Below are positions 11,839 to 21,713 of a stretch of 64,000 bases of DNA, in pieces (position 1 is the first letter of the stretch; each line of letters opens with the position of its first letter). This DNA comes from Candidatus Aquabacterium excrementipullorum (GTDB lineage Bacteria > Pseudomonadota > Gammaproteobacteria > Burkholderiales > Burkholderiaceae_C), in NCBI GenBank assembly GCA_019112875.1, contig DXIO01000014.1, forward strand, positions 69,301 through 133,300, in the 5' to 3' direction. Below the pieces are notes generated by a model. The model was not told the origin of the DNA. It did not search any database and saw nothing but the letters and a program-made list of their open reading frames with translations. A program made the position numbers and the translations under genes.

Positions 11839-13068
11839 ATGCCCAAGGATTACAAGGACCTTGTCGTCGGACTGGACATCGGCACCGCCAAAGTGATGGC
11901 GGTTGTCGCGGAAGTCCTGCCGGGTGGCGATCTCCGACTCGCCGGCCTCGGTGTCGCCCCCAGCCATGGGCTCAAGCGCGGTGTGGTCGTCAACATCGAC
12001 GCCACCGTGCAATCCATCCAGCAGGCCCTCAAAGAGGCTGAGCTGATGGCCGACTGCAAGATCAGCCGCGTGTGGACCGGCATCACCGGCAGCCACATCC
12101 GCGGCCAGAACAGCACCGGCATGGTCATCGTGCGCGACAAGGAAGTCGCGCCCATCGACGTGCAGCGCGTGGTCGAGACGGCCAAGGCCATCAACATCCC
12201 GAACGACCAGCGCCTGCTGCTGGTCGAGCCTCAGGAGTTCATCATCGATGGGCACGAGGTGAAGGAGCCCATCGGCATGAGCGGTGGCCGCCTCGAGGTG
12301 AAGGTGCACATCGTGACCGGCGCGCAGAGCGCGGCCGAGAACATCGTCAAGTGCGTGCGCCGCTGCGGGCTTGAGGCCGAGCAACTGGTGCTCAACCCCA
12401 GCGCATCGAGTGCCTCGGTGTTGACCGATGACGAGAAGGACCTGGGCGTGGCCCTGGTCGACATCGGCGCGGGCACGACGGATGTGGCCATCTTCGCCGA
12501 CGGCGCCATCCGCCACACGGCCGTGATCCCCATCGCCGGCGACCTGATCACCAGCGACATCGCGATGGCCCTGCGTACGCCCACCAAGGATGCCGAGGAC
12601 ATCAAGGTGGACCACGGCGTGGCCAAGCAACTGCTGGCCGACCCCAACGAGCAGGTCGAGGTGCCGGGCCTGGGCGACCGCGCCCCGCGCATGCTCTCGC
12701 GCCAGGCTTTGGCCGGCGTGATCGAGCCGCGCGTTGAAGAGATCTTCTCGCTGGTCCACCAGGTGATCCGCGAGTCTGGTTACGAAGAATTGCTGTCCTC
12801 GGGCATCGTGCTCACCGGCGGCTCGGCGGTGATGCCGGGCATGGTCGAGCTGGCCGAGGACATCTTCCTGAAACCGGTGCGCAAGGGCGTGCCGCTGTAT
12901 TCAGGCGCTCTCCACGACATGGTGGCCAGCCCTCGGTCGGCCACCGTCATGGGCTTGCTCGAAGAAGCAAGGTTGTCCCGCACCCGCGGCATGAAGGCCG
13001 CTCAGAAGGCCGGGTCCGTGCAGACCCTGTTCGGACGGGTGAAGGACTGGTTCATTGGTAATTTCTAA
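11839..13068 (+). CDS. ftsA: Cell division protein FtsA
   Basis: GLDIGTAKV, VDIGAGTTD, GIVLTGG, C-terminal amphipathic helix VKDWFIGNF. Confidence 0.97.
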   Translation: MPKDYKDLVVGLDIGTAKVMAVVAEVLPGGDLRLAGLGVAPSHGLKRGVVVNIDATVQSIQQALKEAELMADCKISRVWTGITGSHIRGQNSTGMVIVRDKEVAPIDVQRVVETAKAINIPNDQRLLLVEPQEFIIDGHEVKEPIGMSGGRLEVKVHIVTGAQSAAENIVKCVRRCGLEAEQLVLNPSASSASVLTDDEKDLGVALVDIGAGTTDVAIFADGAIRHTAVIPIAGDLITSDIAMALRTPTKDAEDIKVDHGVAKQLLADPNEQVEVPGLGDRAPRMLSRQALAGVIEPRVEEIFSLVHQVIRESGYEELLSSGIVLTGGSAVMPGMVELAEDIFLKPVRKGVPLYSGALHDMVASPRSATVMGLLEEARLSRTRGMKAAQKAGSVQTLFGRVKDWFIGNF

Positions 13069-13124
13069 AACGTTTCTTCCCAATTCACTGGCAACTGCTG
13101 ATTGAGACTACTAGGAGGTATGAC

Positions 13125-14348
13125 ATGCCTATCGAGATGATTGAAAACTTCGACCTGGGTACGCAAATCAAGGTGATCGGCGTGGGCGGCGGTGGCGGCA
13201 ACGCCGTCGACCACATGATCGCCCAGGGTGTGCAGGGCGTGCAGTTCATCAACGCCAACACCGACGCGCAGGCCCTGAGCCGTTCGACGGCCGAGCAGAA
13301 CCTGCAACTGGGCACCAGCGGCCTGGGTGCGGGTTCCAAGCCTGAAGCCGGCCGCCAGTCGGCCGAAGAAGCCACGGAGCAGATCCGCACGGCCCTGGAT
13401 GGCGCGCACATGGTGTTCATCACCGCCGGCATGGGCGGCGGCACCGGCACGGGCGCTGCGCCCGTGATCGCCCGCGTGGCCAAGGAGATGGGCATCCTGA
13501 CCGTCGGCGTGGTCACCAAGCCTTTCGAGTTCGAAGGCAACCGTCGCCTGAAGCAGGCCGAAGCCGGCCTGGCCGAGCTGGAAGCCAACGTCGACTCGCT
13601 GATCGTGGTGCTCAACGAGAAGCTGCTGGAAGTGCTGGGCGACGACATCACCCAGGAAGAAGCCTTCAAGCAAGCCAACGACGTGCTGAAGAACGCCGTC
13701 GGCGGCATCAGCGACATCATCCACATCCCGGGCCTGGTGAACGTCGACTTCGAAGACGTCAAGACCGTGATGAGCGAGCCGGGCAAGGCCATGATGGGCA
13801 CGGCCACCGCGTCGGGTCCGGACCGCGCCACCAAGGCCGCCGAGGCCGCCGTGGCCTGCCCGCTGCTGGAAGGCATCGACCTGTCCGGCGCGCGTGGCGT
13901 GCTGGTGCTGATCGCCGCGAGCAAGGCGACCTTCAAGCTGAGCGAGTCGCGCAACGCGATGAACACCATCCGCCGTTACGCCGCCGAAGACGCGCACGTG
14001 ATCTACGGCACGGCCTACGACGAAAGCCTGGGCGACCAGCTGCGCGTGACCGTGATCGCCACCGGCCTGAGCGCCGCCAAGCGCATGACCGTGGTGCACA
14101 GCGCCCCGCAGGCCCATTCGCAGATCTTCGCGCGCACCGGCACCGACAACCTGCCCATCCTGAACAACCCGGTGCACCCGGGCGGTCACCAGATGGCCCA
14201 CGGCCACGGCAATGACTTCAGCGGCCTGAACACCCCCAGCGTGTGGCGCAGCGGCCGCACGCAGGCGGCCCAGAAGGTGGATGCCCTGGCCAGCAATGGC
14301 ATGGACGAGCTGGAGATCCCGGCCTTCCTGCGCAAGCAGGCGGACTGA
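13125..14348 (+). CDS. ftsZ: Cell division GTPase FtsZ
   Basis: GVGGGGGNA, GMGGGTGTG tubulin signature, NVDFEDV, C-terminal IPAFLRKQAD. Confidence 0.98.
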   Translation: MPIEMIENFDLGTQIKVIGVGGGGGNAVDHMIAQGVQGVQFINANTDAQALSRSTAEQNLQLGTSGLGAGSKPEAGRQSAEEATEQIRTALDGAHMVFITAGMGGGTGTGAAPVIARVAKEMGILTVGVVTKPFEFEGNRRLKQAEAGLAELEANVDSLIVVLNEKLLEVLGDDITQEEAFKQANDVLKNAVGGISDIIHIPGLVNVDFEDVKTVMSEPGKAMMGTATASGPDRATKAAEAAVACPLLEGIDLSGARGVLVLIAASKATFKLSESRNAMNTIRRYAAEDAHVIYGTAYDESLGDQLRVTVIATGLSAAKRMTVVHSAPQAHSQIFARTGTDNLPILNNPVHPGGHQMAHGHGNDFSGLNTPSVWRSGRTQAAQKVDALASNGMDELEIPAFLRKQAD

Positions 14349-14443
14349 GCGCCCGCGCGCGGGGCAGGCGTGCTGCCCCGGCATGTCATGACCGTTGACC
14401 AGTGAACCGCAGGCCCCGGCTGTGCCGGCCGGGGTCGGGATTT

Positions 14444-14481
14444 GCGCCCTCCGCGTGCTTTCGCAGGCGGGGGCGCTTTTT
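14444..14481 (+). terminator. Likely intrinsic terminator of the dcw operon
   Basis: GCGCCCTCCGCGTGC-TTTC-GCAGGCGGGGGCGC hairpin (one bulge, one mismatch) followed by TTTTT. Confidence 0.7.
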
Positions 14482-14530
14482 CATGCCCGCTTGTTTGGCG
14501 GGGTGAAGAATCGGGCGAAAGCTCGAAGGC

Positions 14531-14740
14531 TCAGAGCCGCCACGCGCGCTCCAGCCAGACCAGGCAGGCCAGGCCCACCACGATCAGCAGGGGGGCGAAG
14601 GCGTCGAGCAATGTGGCCGCGCTGGCAGAGCCGGCCGCCAGCAGCAGCATCAGCACTTTCCAGCCCAGGGGCGCCCAGGTGACGGCAGGAGTGGGCAGGC
14701 TGGAGTCGGGTGCGTTGGACATCGTGCGGACGGCATTCAT
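14531..14740 (-). CDS. Small hydrophobic protein (63-69 aa, two predicted TM segments), hypothetical
   Basis: WKVLMLLLAAG and LLIVVGLACLVWL hydrophobic runs; no clear RBS; alternative start 14722. Confidence 0.4.
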   Translation of the reverse strand: MNAVRTMSNAPDSSLPTPAVTWAPLGWKVLMLLLAAGSASAATLLDAFAPLLIVVGLACLVWLERAWRL

Positions 14741-14815
14741 GGACTGAAGAGGCCTGATTGGATGTCAGGCAGCCATTCCGAGTCCATAACCCGCAGGGGT
14801 TACATCAAGGCGCCA

Positions 14816-16720
14816 TCAAGGGGACGGGGCCAATGTGCCGTTCGATGCGTCGGTGAGCGCCGCCAGCGCCTGGCCCAATTCCGCCTGCGACAAGGGCTTG
14901 CGCCTGAGCGCCACCTTGGCATCGCGCGCGCGGGCATCGATCGCCGGATCCAGATCGCCGGTGAGCAGCAGCACGGGCAGATCAAGGCCGAACTCATGGC
15001 GAGCGGCCTGCGCCACGGCCAGGCCGTCGGTACCGGGGCCCAGCCGCAGGTCGGTCACCAGGGCCTGGGGCCAGGCATCGGCCTGCGCCAGGGCCTCGAT
15101 GGCCTGGGCCAGGGTGGCGCCGTCGAAGCAGCGCCAGCCCTGGGCGCGCAGCACCGTGGCGGTGGTGTCGCGCACGTCATCGTCGTCTTCCACCAGCAGC
15201 ACGGCGCGGGCAGGGATGAGTTGTGCTGGGGGCAGATCTGCTGTGGTGGCTTGTGCCGATGCGGCCGATGCCGGATCTGCGCCCGGGTTTGGCGCGCGTT
15301 CCGGCGCCATCGGCACCCACAGCGAGAACACCGATCCACGCCCAGTCCGCGAGTGCACCGTCATCCGGTAGCCGCCCGCCTGCACCAGGCGCCGCACCAG
15401 CCCCAGGCCCAGGCCCAGCCCTTCGCGCAGGTGGCGCGCCGGGTTGTGCAGCTGCACGTAGTCCTCGAAGATGCGGGCGCGGTCGGTGGGCGCGACGCCT
15501 GGGCCGTTGTCCCACACCTGCACGGCCACCCAGGTGCCTCGCTGGCGCGTGCGCAGGCGCACAGTGCCGCCCGATGGGGTGTAGCGCAGGGCGTTCTCCA
15601 GCAGGTTGCGCAAAATGCGCTGCATGAACAGCGGGTCGGCCAGCACGTCGATCGTGTCGTCGGGCCTGTCGTTGGCCATGTCGCGGGAGGCCGATGGCCG
15701 CGCGGTGGTGATCGCGGTGGTGATCGACCAATGCAGGCCCTTCTCCGCGCACAGCAGCTCGAACTCGTCGGCCAGGTGCCCCAGCAGCGCCGGCAGCGCG
15801 AACGCGCGCGGCTGGTGCACCAGCTTCTGCGAATCCACCCGGGCGATGTCGAAGAGCTGCTCGAAGATGCCACGCAGGCCATCGACCGCTGCGCTGATCT
15901 TGCCGGCCAGCCCGCGCGATTCGGGCTCCTGCAGGCGCGCTGCCAGCAGGCCGGACAGTAGCGTCAGGCTGTGCAGCGGCTGGCGCACGTCGTGGCTGGC
16001 CGTGGCGATGAACTCGCTCTTGTGGCGGTTGGCCTGCTCGGCGGCTTCCTTGGCCTGGCGCACCTTGTCGACCTCGTCGGCCAGCTCGGCCACCAGCTGC
16101 TCGTTGCGGATGCGCAGGCGCTCGGCGTCCAGCAGGCGCACTTCGATCAGGCGGCCCACGCCCAGGCAGGTCACCATCGACAGCGTGAGGATCAGCGCGA
16201 TGGTGGCCGTGCCTTCGGCCGGGTCGACCAGCAGGCGCGCCAGCACGATCACCAGGATGGGCAGGTTGGCCGCGGTCGCCACGCCCGAGTCGTGCGTGCT
16301 GAAGAACATGGCCGTGTAGCCGAAGATGATCAGCGCCGTGAGGATCAGCAGGTGCCACTGCGGCGGCAATGCGCCCCACAGCATGGCGGCCAGCAGCGCC
16401 CAGCCGGTGGCCTGGGTTACCTCGCGCATCAAGGTGATCACGCGCCAGCGCGGGTAGTTGCCGGCATCGAGCACCACGCGGCGCAGGCGCCAGATGGACA
16501 GGCTGCCCCAGCCCCAGGTGGCCAGCAGCAGGAAGATGGGCGGACCCCACTGCCAGGGCGTGAGGCCGCTGCGGCGCACCACGGGGATCAGGGCCAGCAG
16601 CGCGATGAACTGGCCGGGGATGGCCCACACATCCAGCCGCCAGTGGTCGCGCAGCTGTTCCAGGTAGATGGCCCGGTCGGTGGGGGAGAGGCCAGCCAAG
16701 CCCAGGCGCAGGAATTTCAT
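14816..16720 (-). CDS. Membrane-bound hybrid sensor histidine kinase (TM-HisKA-HATPase-REC)
   Basis: About 5-6 TM, H-box ASHDVRQPL, NLLENALRY, DNGPG, GLGLGLGLV, C-terminal receiver VLLVEDD...TDLRLG; start MKFLRL at 16720. Confidence 0.9.
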   Translation of the reverse strand: MKFLRLGLAGLSPTDRAIYLEQLRDHWRLDVWAIPGQFIALLALIPVVRRSGLTPWQWGPPIFLLLATWGWGSLSIWRLRRVVLDAGNYPRWRVITLMREVTQATGWALLAAMLWGALPPQWHLLILTALIIFGYTAMFFSTHDSGVATAANLPILVIVLARLLVDPAEGTATIALILTLSMVTCLGVGRLIEVRLLDAERLRIRNEQLVAELADEVDKVRQAKEAAEQANRHKSEFIATASHDVRQPLHSLTLLSGLLAARLQEPESRGLAGKISAAVDGLRGIFEQLFDIARVDSQKLVHQPRAFALPALLGHLADEFELLCAEKGLHWSITTAITTARPSASRDMANDRPDDTIDVLADPLFMQRILRNLLENALRYTPSGGTVRLRTRQRGTWVAVQVWDNGPGVAPTDRARIFEDYVQLHNPARHLREGLGLGLGLVRRLVQAGGYRMTVHSRTGRGSVFSLWVPMAPERAPNPGADPASAASAQATTADLPPAQLIPARAVLLVEDDDDVRDTTATVLRAQGWRCFDGATLAQAIEALAQADAWPQALVTDLRLGPGTDGLAVAQAARHEFGLDLPVLLLTGDLDPAIDARARDAKVALRRKPLSQAELGQALAALTDASNGTLAPSP

Positions 16721-16724
16721 GCGC

Positions 16725-17405
16725 TCAGGACGGCAGCGGCTCGGTGAGGCCGTCGCGCGCGCAGTTGAGCAGCAGCTGCACGCGGTTGTGGGCGCCATGG
16801 GCGCGCAGCACGGCACGCACGTGCAGCTTGACGGTCTCTTCGCTGATGCCCAGCTGGTCGGCGATCAGGGCGTTGGCCAGGCCGTGCAGCAACAAGGCAC
16901 GCACTTCGAGCTGGCGTGGCGTGAGGCGGGTGGATGCCGTGCGGGCGGCCGTGTCGCCGGCCGGCGTGTCGTCCGGGTAGACCGCCGCCGCGTGGGCCTG
17001 GGCCAGCAGTTCGCGCGGGAAGTAGATGCCGCCATGGGCCAGCGTGCGCAGCCCCTCGGTGAAGTGCGCCAGGCTGCCGGCCTTGGGCACGAAGGCGCAG
17101 GCCCCTTCGCGCAGACAGCCCAGCGCCAGGGCCAGGTCGTTGCTGCCCGACACCACACCGATGCGCGCCAGCGGCGCATGGGCACGCAGCTGCACCAGGG
17201 TGTCCAGGCCCTGGGCGTCGGGCAGGTTCAGGTCGGTGATGACGACGTCGATGCCGGGCGGCGTGGCGGCCTCCAGGCAGCGCAGCGCACTGGCCAGGTC
17301 GGCCGCCTGGTGCACGGTGAGGTCCGGCCAGCGCGAGGTCACCACCTTGAGGATGCCCTCGCTGACCAGGGCATGGTCTTCCACCACCAACAGCGTTCGG
17401 GCCAC
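16725..17405 (-). CDS. NarL/LuxR-family response regulator
   Basis: LVVEDH, ITDLNLPD, FVPK; C-terminal LTPRQLEV...GISEETVKLHV HTH. Confidence 0.92.
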   Translation of the reverse strand: MARTLLVVEDHALVSEGILKVVTSRWPDLTVHQAADLASALRCLEAATPPGIDVVITDLNLPDAQGLDTLVQLRAHAPLARIGVVSGSNDLALALGCLREGACAFVPKAGSLAHFTEGLRTLAHGGIYFPRELLAQAHAAAVYPDDTPAGDTAARTASTRLTPRQLEVRALLLHGLANALIADQLGISEETVKLHVRAVLRAHGAHNRVQLLLNCARDGLTEPLPS

Positions 17406-17534
17406 TGCGCTTGTTTCCTCTTCACTGCGTTGTCGTTCGGGCCTGGCGCGTCGGGCGGCCGAGGCGTTGCTGCAGCAGTGTAGGCCGAGGGGCAGGGGGC
17501 GGCAGCCCCTGTTTCGGTGGTCCTTCGCCGCGAT

Positions 17535-18770
17535 TCAGTCCTCGGCGGCCGGGCGCAGGGGCTTGAGCGCCTCGATGCGCGCCTGCTGGATCACCTGGGC
17601 GATGGCCGGGCCGCGCAGCCCCTTGTCGATGGCCTGGGCGGCCAGCGCCGCCGTGTCCACGGCCAGGCAGGCGTGCAAGGCCTCCGGCAACTGCGTGGCG
17701 GGCAGGTAGGCGCGTTCCTCGAAGCCCAGCCGGCCGCGCGCATCGCATTCGCAGGCTTGCAGGATGTCGGGCACGCGGACGGGCTTGCGGAAGGCGTCCA
17801 GGCGCTCCAGCAGGCGCACGGTCGCGGCGGCCGAGAGGTCTTCGCTGCGGTGGATGTTGCCGTGCTCGCGCGCGACCACGTCGGCCAGTTCGCGGCATTC
17901 GTTGGGCACGCGCAGGCGCTCGCAGACGTCCTTGAGCAGCTTGGCGCTGCGGCCTTCATGGCCCAGGTGGCGCGGCAGCACGTCGGCCGGGGTGGTGCCC
18001 TTGCCCAGGTCGTGGCACAGGCAGGCGAAGCGCACGGGCAGCGAGGCCTGCAGGCGCGCGCTCATGTCCAGCACCATCATCAGGTGCACGCCGGTGTCCA
18101 CCTCGGGGTGGTAATCGGCACGCTGGGGCACGCCCCACAGGCGTTCGACCTCGGGCAGCAGGCGGGCCAGCGCACCGCAGTCGCGCAGCACCTCGAACAT
18201 GCGCGAGGGGCGCGCCTCCATCAGGCCGCGGGCCAGCTCCTGCCACACGCGTTCGGCCACCAGGTGGTCGGCCTCGCCCTCGTCGACCATGCGACGCATC
18301 AGCGCGGCGGTCTCGGGCGCCACGGTGAAATCGGGCAGGCGGGCGGCGAAGCGGGCCAGGCGCAGGATGCGCACGGGGTCTTCGCCGAAGGCGGGCGAGA
18401 CGTGGCGCAGCACGCGGGCCTGGATGTCCGCCTGGCCACCGTAGGGGTCGACCAAAGCGCCGTCCTCGGCCTGGGCCATGGCGTTGATGGTCAGGTCGCG
18501 GCGGGCCAGGTCTTCTTCCAGCGTGACCTCGGGCGTGGCCTGGAAGACGAAGCCGTGGTAGCCCCGGCCCGATTTGCGCTCGGTGCGGGCCAGCGCGTAT
18601 TCCTCCTTCGTCTGCGGGTGCAGGAAGACGGGGAAATCGCGGCCCACGGGCAGGAAGCCCTTGGCGACCATGCCTTCGGGCGAACCGCCGACGACCACCC
18701 AGTCATGGTCCTGCGTGGGGCGGCCCAGCAATCGGTCGCGGACGGCGCCGCCGACGAGGAAGGTTTTCAT
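17535..18770 (-). CDS. cca: Multifunctional CCA tRNA nucleotidyltransferase with HD domain
   Basis: FLVGGAVRDRLLG, DHDWVV, LEEDLARRDLTINAMA, EDPVRILR, HPEVDTGVH, CHDLGK. Confidence 0.95.
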   Translation of the reverse strand: MKTFLVGGAVRDRLLGRPTQDHDWVVVGGSPEGMVAKGFLPVGRDFPVFLHPQTKEEYALARTERKSGRGYHGFVFQATPEVTLEEDLARRDLTINAMAQAEDGALVDPYGGQADIQARVLRHVSPAFGEDPVRILRLARFAARLPDFTVAPETAALMRRMVDEGEADHLVAERVWQELARGLMEARPSRMFEVLRDCGALARLLPEVERLWGVPQRADYHPEVDTGVHLMMVLDMSARLQASLPVRFACLCHDLGKGTTPADVLPRHLGHEGRSAKLLKDVCERLRVPNECRELADVVAREHGNIHRSEDLSAAATVRLLERLDAFRKPVRVPDILQACECDARGRLGFEERAYLPATQLPEALHACLAVDTAALAAQAIDKGLRGPAIAQVIQQARIEALKPLRPAAED

Positions 18771-18846
18771 GGTGCAGAACGGGCGATGCGGTGCGCAACG
18801 AAGGGGCGCGCCCTGATTGTGCATTGCACCATGCCGGCGAGCACTG

Positions 18847-18860
18847 GTGTTGCAAAACAC
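18847..18860. promoter_or_regulatory. Inverted repeat GTGTT-GCAA-AACAC, candidate enhancer upstream of the sigma-54 promoter
   Basis: Perfect 5-bp arms about 55 bp upstream of the -24 element; function is inferred. Confidence 0.35.
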
Positions 18861-18912
18861 GTCAAAGGCGCACCAGCAGCATGCAAACGGGGCGCTGAAT
18901 GGGCTGTGACGT

Positions 18913-18928
18913 CTGGCACGGAGTATGC
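18913..18928 (+). promoter_or_regulatory. Sigma-54 (-24/-12) promoter of the PEP-CTERM gene
   Basis: CTGGCACGGAGTATGC: TGGCACG plus exact GG-N10-GC spacing, 50 bp before ATG 18979. Confidence 0.75.
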
Positions 18929-18978
18929 GTCGCCCACGCTGGGTTTGTGTCTCTGTCCCCTACCAGTGGGAGGCTCCC

Positions 18979-19455
18979 ATGAACGTGCCCATGAAGTGTT
19001 TGGCGTCGGCTGCGGCCGGCTTGGTGATGTCCCTGTCCGGTGGCGCCGCCAGTGCCCTGACCGTGTCCGGGACCTTCGATTCCCTCGGCTATCCCTACAC
19101 GGGTGGATCCTCGGTGACCTTCGAGCTGCTGTCGGGCGGTGGGCTCACCACGGTGATCTCCGGCACGGGACCGACCTTCGGCGGGCTGTACGGCCCCGCA
19201 CCGATCGCCCCTGGCGTCGCCATCCCGACGACGGCCTTCCAGACGATCTACACCTTCACCGGCTTGGCCGCCGGCATCTACACCTTCGAGTTCTTCGGGC
19301 CCGTCGGTTCGGGCTACACCCTCGACCTTGTCCCGGGCTATGGCGCGTCCGTGACCCTGGTGCCCGAACCGGCATCCCTGGCCCTGGCCCTGGGGGGGTT
19401 GGGGGTGCTGGGTCTGCTGGGACGGCGCCGCCTGCCCAGCAGCTCATCGGTCTGA
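18979..19455 (+). CDS. Small secreted PEP-CTERM sorting-domain protein
   Basis: Signal peptide ending AASA; C-terminal VPEPASLALALGGLGVLGLLGRRR; GGAGG RBS. Confidence 0.9.
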   Translation: MNVPMKCLASAAAGLVMSLSGGAASALTVSGTFDSLGYPYTGGSSVTFELLSGGGLTTVISGTGPTFGGLYGPAPIAPGVAIPTTAFQTIYTFTGLAAGIYTFEFFGPVGSGYTLDLVPGYGASVTLVPEPASLALALGGLGVLGLLGRRRLPSSSSV

Positions 19456-19486
19456 GCGGGCTGTCGGCGGGTACCCCGGTGCTGGC

Positions 19487-20299
19487 TCAGGGGCCGGGCG
19501 TGGCCAGGCGTGTCAAGGCCAGGTAGTCGTCCACGGGCACTTCCTCGGCACGGCGCTGCAGGTCGAAATCGGTTTGCACGCCGCGTTCGGTGATCCACCG
19601 GCCCAGCGTGTTGCGCAGGATCTTGCGCCGCTGGGAGAACGCCACGGTGACGATCTCGCCGAGCAGGTCCACGTCCAGTCCCGCCTGGGCCGAACCTGGG
19701 TAGGGCACCATGCGCACCACGGCCGAATCCACCTTGGGCGGCGGATCGAAGGCTTCGGGCGGCACGTCGACGATGGACTCCATCTCGTAGCGCCACTGCA
19801 GCATCACGCTCAGGCGGCCATAGTCCTTGCTGCCCGGCCTGGCGACCATGCGGTCGACCACTTCCTTCTGAAGCATGAAGTGCTGGTCCTCCACGCGGCT
19901 GGCGAAGGGCAGCAGGTGGAACAGGATGGGCGTGGAGATGTTGTAGGGCAGGTTGCCGATCACGCGCAGCGGCTGACCGGCCTGGTCGGCCAGGGCCGCG
20001 AAATCCACCTTGAGCACGTCGGACTCGACCACGGCGAGCTCGGGGCGCTTGCGCAGGCGCGCGGCCAGATCGCGGTCCAGCTCGATCACGGTGAGCTGGC
20101 CGCTGCGGTGCACGACGGGGTTCGTCAGGGCGCCCAGGCCGGGGCCGATCTCGACCAGGGGCTGGCCGGGGCGCGGATCGATGCCCCGCACGATCTCGTC
20201 GATGACGCCGGGGTCGGCCAGGAAGTGCTGGCCGAAACGCTTGCGGGCACGGTGGCTGTCGCCAGCACCGGCGCCGCGGTCAGGGCGCTCAGGGCGCAT
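19487..20299 (-). CDS. rsmA: 16S rRNA dimethyladenosine transferase KsgA
   Basis: [47 protein letters not shown]. Confidence 0.95.
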   Translation of the reverse strand: MRPERPDRGAGAGDSHRARKRFGQHFLADPGVIDEIVRGIDPRPGQPLVEIGPGLGALTNPVVHRSGQLTVIELDRDLAARLRKRPELAVVESDVLKVDFAALADQAGQPLRVIGNLPYNISTPILFHLLPFASRVEDQHFMLQKEVVDRMVARPGSKDYGRLSVMLQWRYEMESIVDVPPEAFDPPPKVDSAVVRMVPYPGSAQAGLDVDLLGEIVTVAFSQRRKILRNTLGRWITERGVQTDFDLQRRAEEVPVDDYLALTRLATPGP

Positions 20300-21713
20300 C
20301 GCGCATTTCCACGAAGGCGGCACTGCGCAGTTCGCGGGCCCAGTCGTCGTAGGTGGATTCGAAGCGCTGCTCGCGCAGCACGCTGCGGGCGGCTTCGCGC
20401 TTTTGCTGGTCGGTGAGCTGCACTTCGCGGCGCTCGATGAGCTGGATCAGGTGCACGCCGAAACGCGTGACCACGGGCTCGGACACCTGGCCCGGTTGCA
20501 GGGCCAGCAGCGCCTGCTCGAACTCGGGCACGAACTGGCCAGGCGCGGCCCAGCCGAGGTCGCCGCCCTTGGTGGCGCTGCCGTCCTCGGAGTACTGGCG
20601 TGCCATCTGGGCGAAGCTGGCCTGGCCGCCGACGATCTCCTTGCGGATCTCGGCCATGCGGTCGCGCGCCGCCTTGATGCTCAGCTGCGGCGTGGTGCGC
20701 AGCAGGATGTGGCGGGCGCGTTGCTGGGTGTAGGTGGCCTTGCTGGCGTTCTCGCGCTCGATCAGCTTGAGCACGTGAAAGCCCGCGCCGGAACGCACGA
20801 CTTTGGCCACCTGGCCCACCTGCAGGTCCTTGACCGCATCGGTGAACAGCTCGGGCAGGCGGCTGGCCGGGCGCATGCCGAAGTTGCCGCCGCTGTCCTT
20901 GGTGCCGGCGTCGTCGGAGTTCGCCTTGACCAGCTGGGCGAAGTTGGCGCCGGCGGCTGCGCGCTCGCGCAGGGACTCGGCCTTGGCGGCCAGTTCGCGC
21001 ACCTTCTGCTCGCTGGTGCCTTCGGGCACGGCGATGAGGATGTGCGCCAGGTTCAGATCGGTGTCGCGCCCCGAGGCGGCGGCCTGGGCGTTGAAGGTGT
21101 CGAGTTCGGTGTCGGAGATCTGGATGCGGGCGTTCACCTCGCGGGCCCGCACGCGCTCGAGCACCATCTGCTCGCGCAGGCTGTTGCGGTAGCGGTCGTA
21201 GTCCAGGCCGTCGGACTTCATGCGCGAGCGCAGTTCCTGCAGCGAGATCTGGTTCTGCGAGGCGATGTTGGCGATGGCATCGTCCACCTCGGCATCGCTC
21301 ACGTTCAGGCCGGCGTTCTTGGCGTACTGCAGCTGCACCTTTTCGTCGATCAGGGCGTCCAGCACCTGGGCGCGCAGGCTGTCGGCGGGAGGCAGGCGGG
21401 CATTGGGGTTGCGGCTGGCCGCCTCCATGATGCGGCCCACGCGCTTGTCGACATCGGTGTGGGTGATGGGCTCCTGGTTGACCACGGCGACGATGAAGTC
21501 GGCGGTGGTCTGCTGGCCCTGCAGCTTGAGCTCGGTGCTCAGGCTGGGCACGCCCGGGATGCGGGGCGACACGTTCGGCGCGTCGCCCAGGCTGAACTGG
21601 GCCAGCGCGGGGGCGGTCAGCACGGCCGCGCAGGCGGCCAGCAGCAATCGCGGCCACAGGGGCGCGGGGCGCGGGAGGCGGTCCTGGCGGACGGACATCA
21701 GGTCATTCATCAT
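20289..21713 (-). CDS. surA: Periplasmic chaperone/PPIase SurA
   Basis: [12 protein letters not shown]-domain, two parvulin domains (LAHILI, ARHILL, GGDLGW, FGVHLI); downstream of lptD. Confidence 0.93.
   Translation of the reverse strand: MMNDLMSVRQDRLPRPAPLWPRLLLAACAAVLTAPALAQFSLGDAPNVSPRIPGVPSLSTELKLQGQQTTADFIVAVVNQEPITHTDVDKRVGRIMEAASRNPNARLPPADSLRAQVLDALIDEKVQLQYAKNAGLNVSDAEVDDAIANIASQNQISLQELRSRMKSDGLDYDRYRNSLREQMVLERVRAREVNARIQISDTELDTFNAQAAASGRDTDLNLAHILIAVPEGTSEQKVRELAAKAESLRERAAAGANFAQLVKANSDDAGTKDSGGNFGMRPASRLPELFTDAVKDLQVGQVAKVVRSGAGFHVLKLIERENASKATYTQQRARHILLRTTPQLSIKAARDRMAEIRKEIVGGQASFAQMARQYSEDGSATKGGDLGWAAPGQFVPEFEQALLALQPGQVSEPVVTRFGVHLIQLIERREVQLTDQQKREAARSVLREQRFESTYDDWARELRSAAFVEMRDAP

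Noticed and set aside
19487-21713. pdxA missing between surA and rsmA
   Set aside because: Differs from E. coli order, but such gene-order variation is common and uninformative without the rest of the genome
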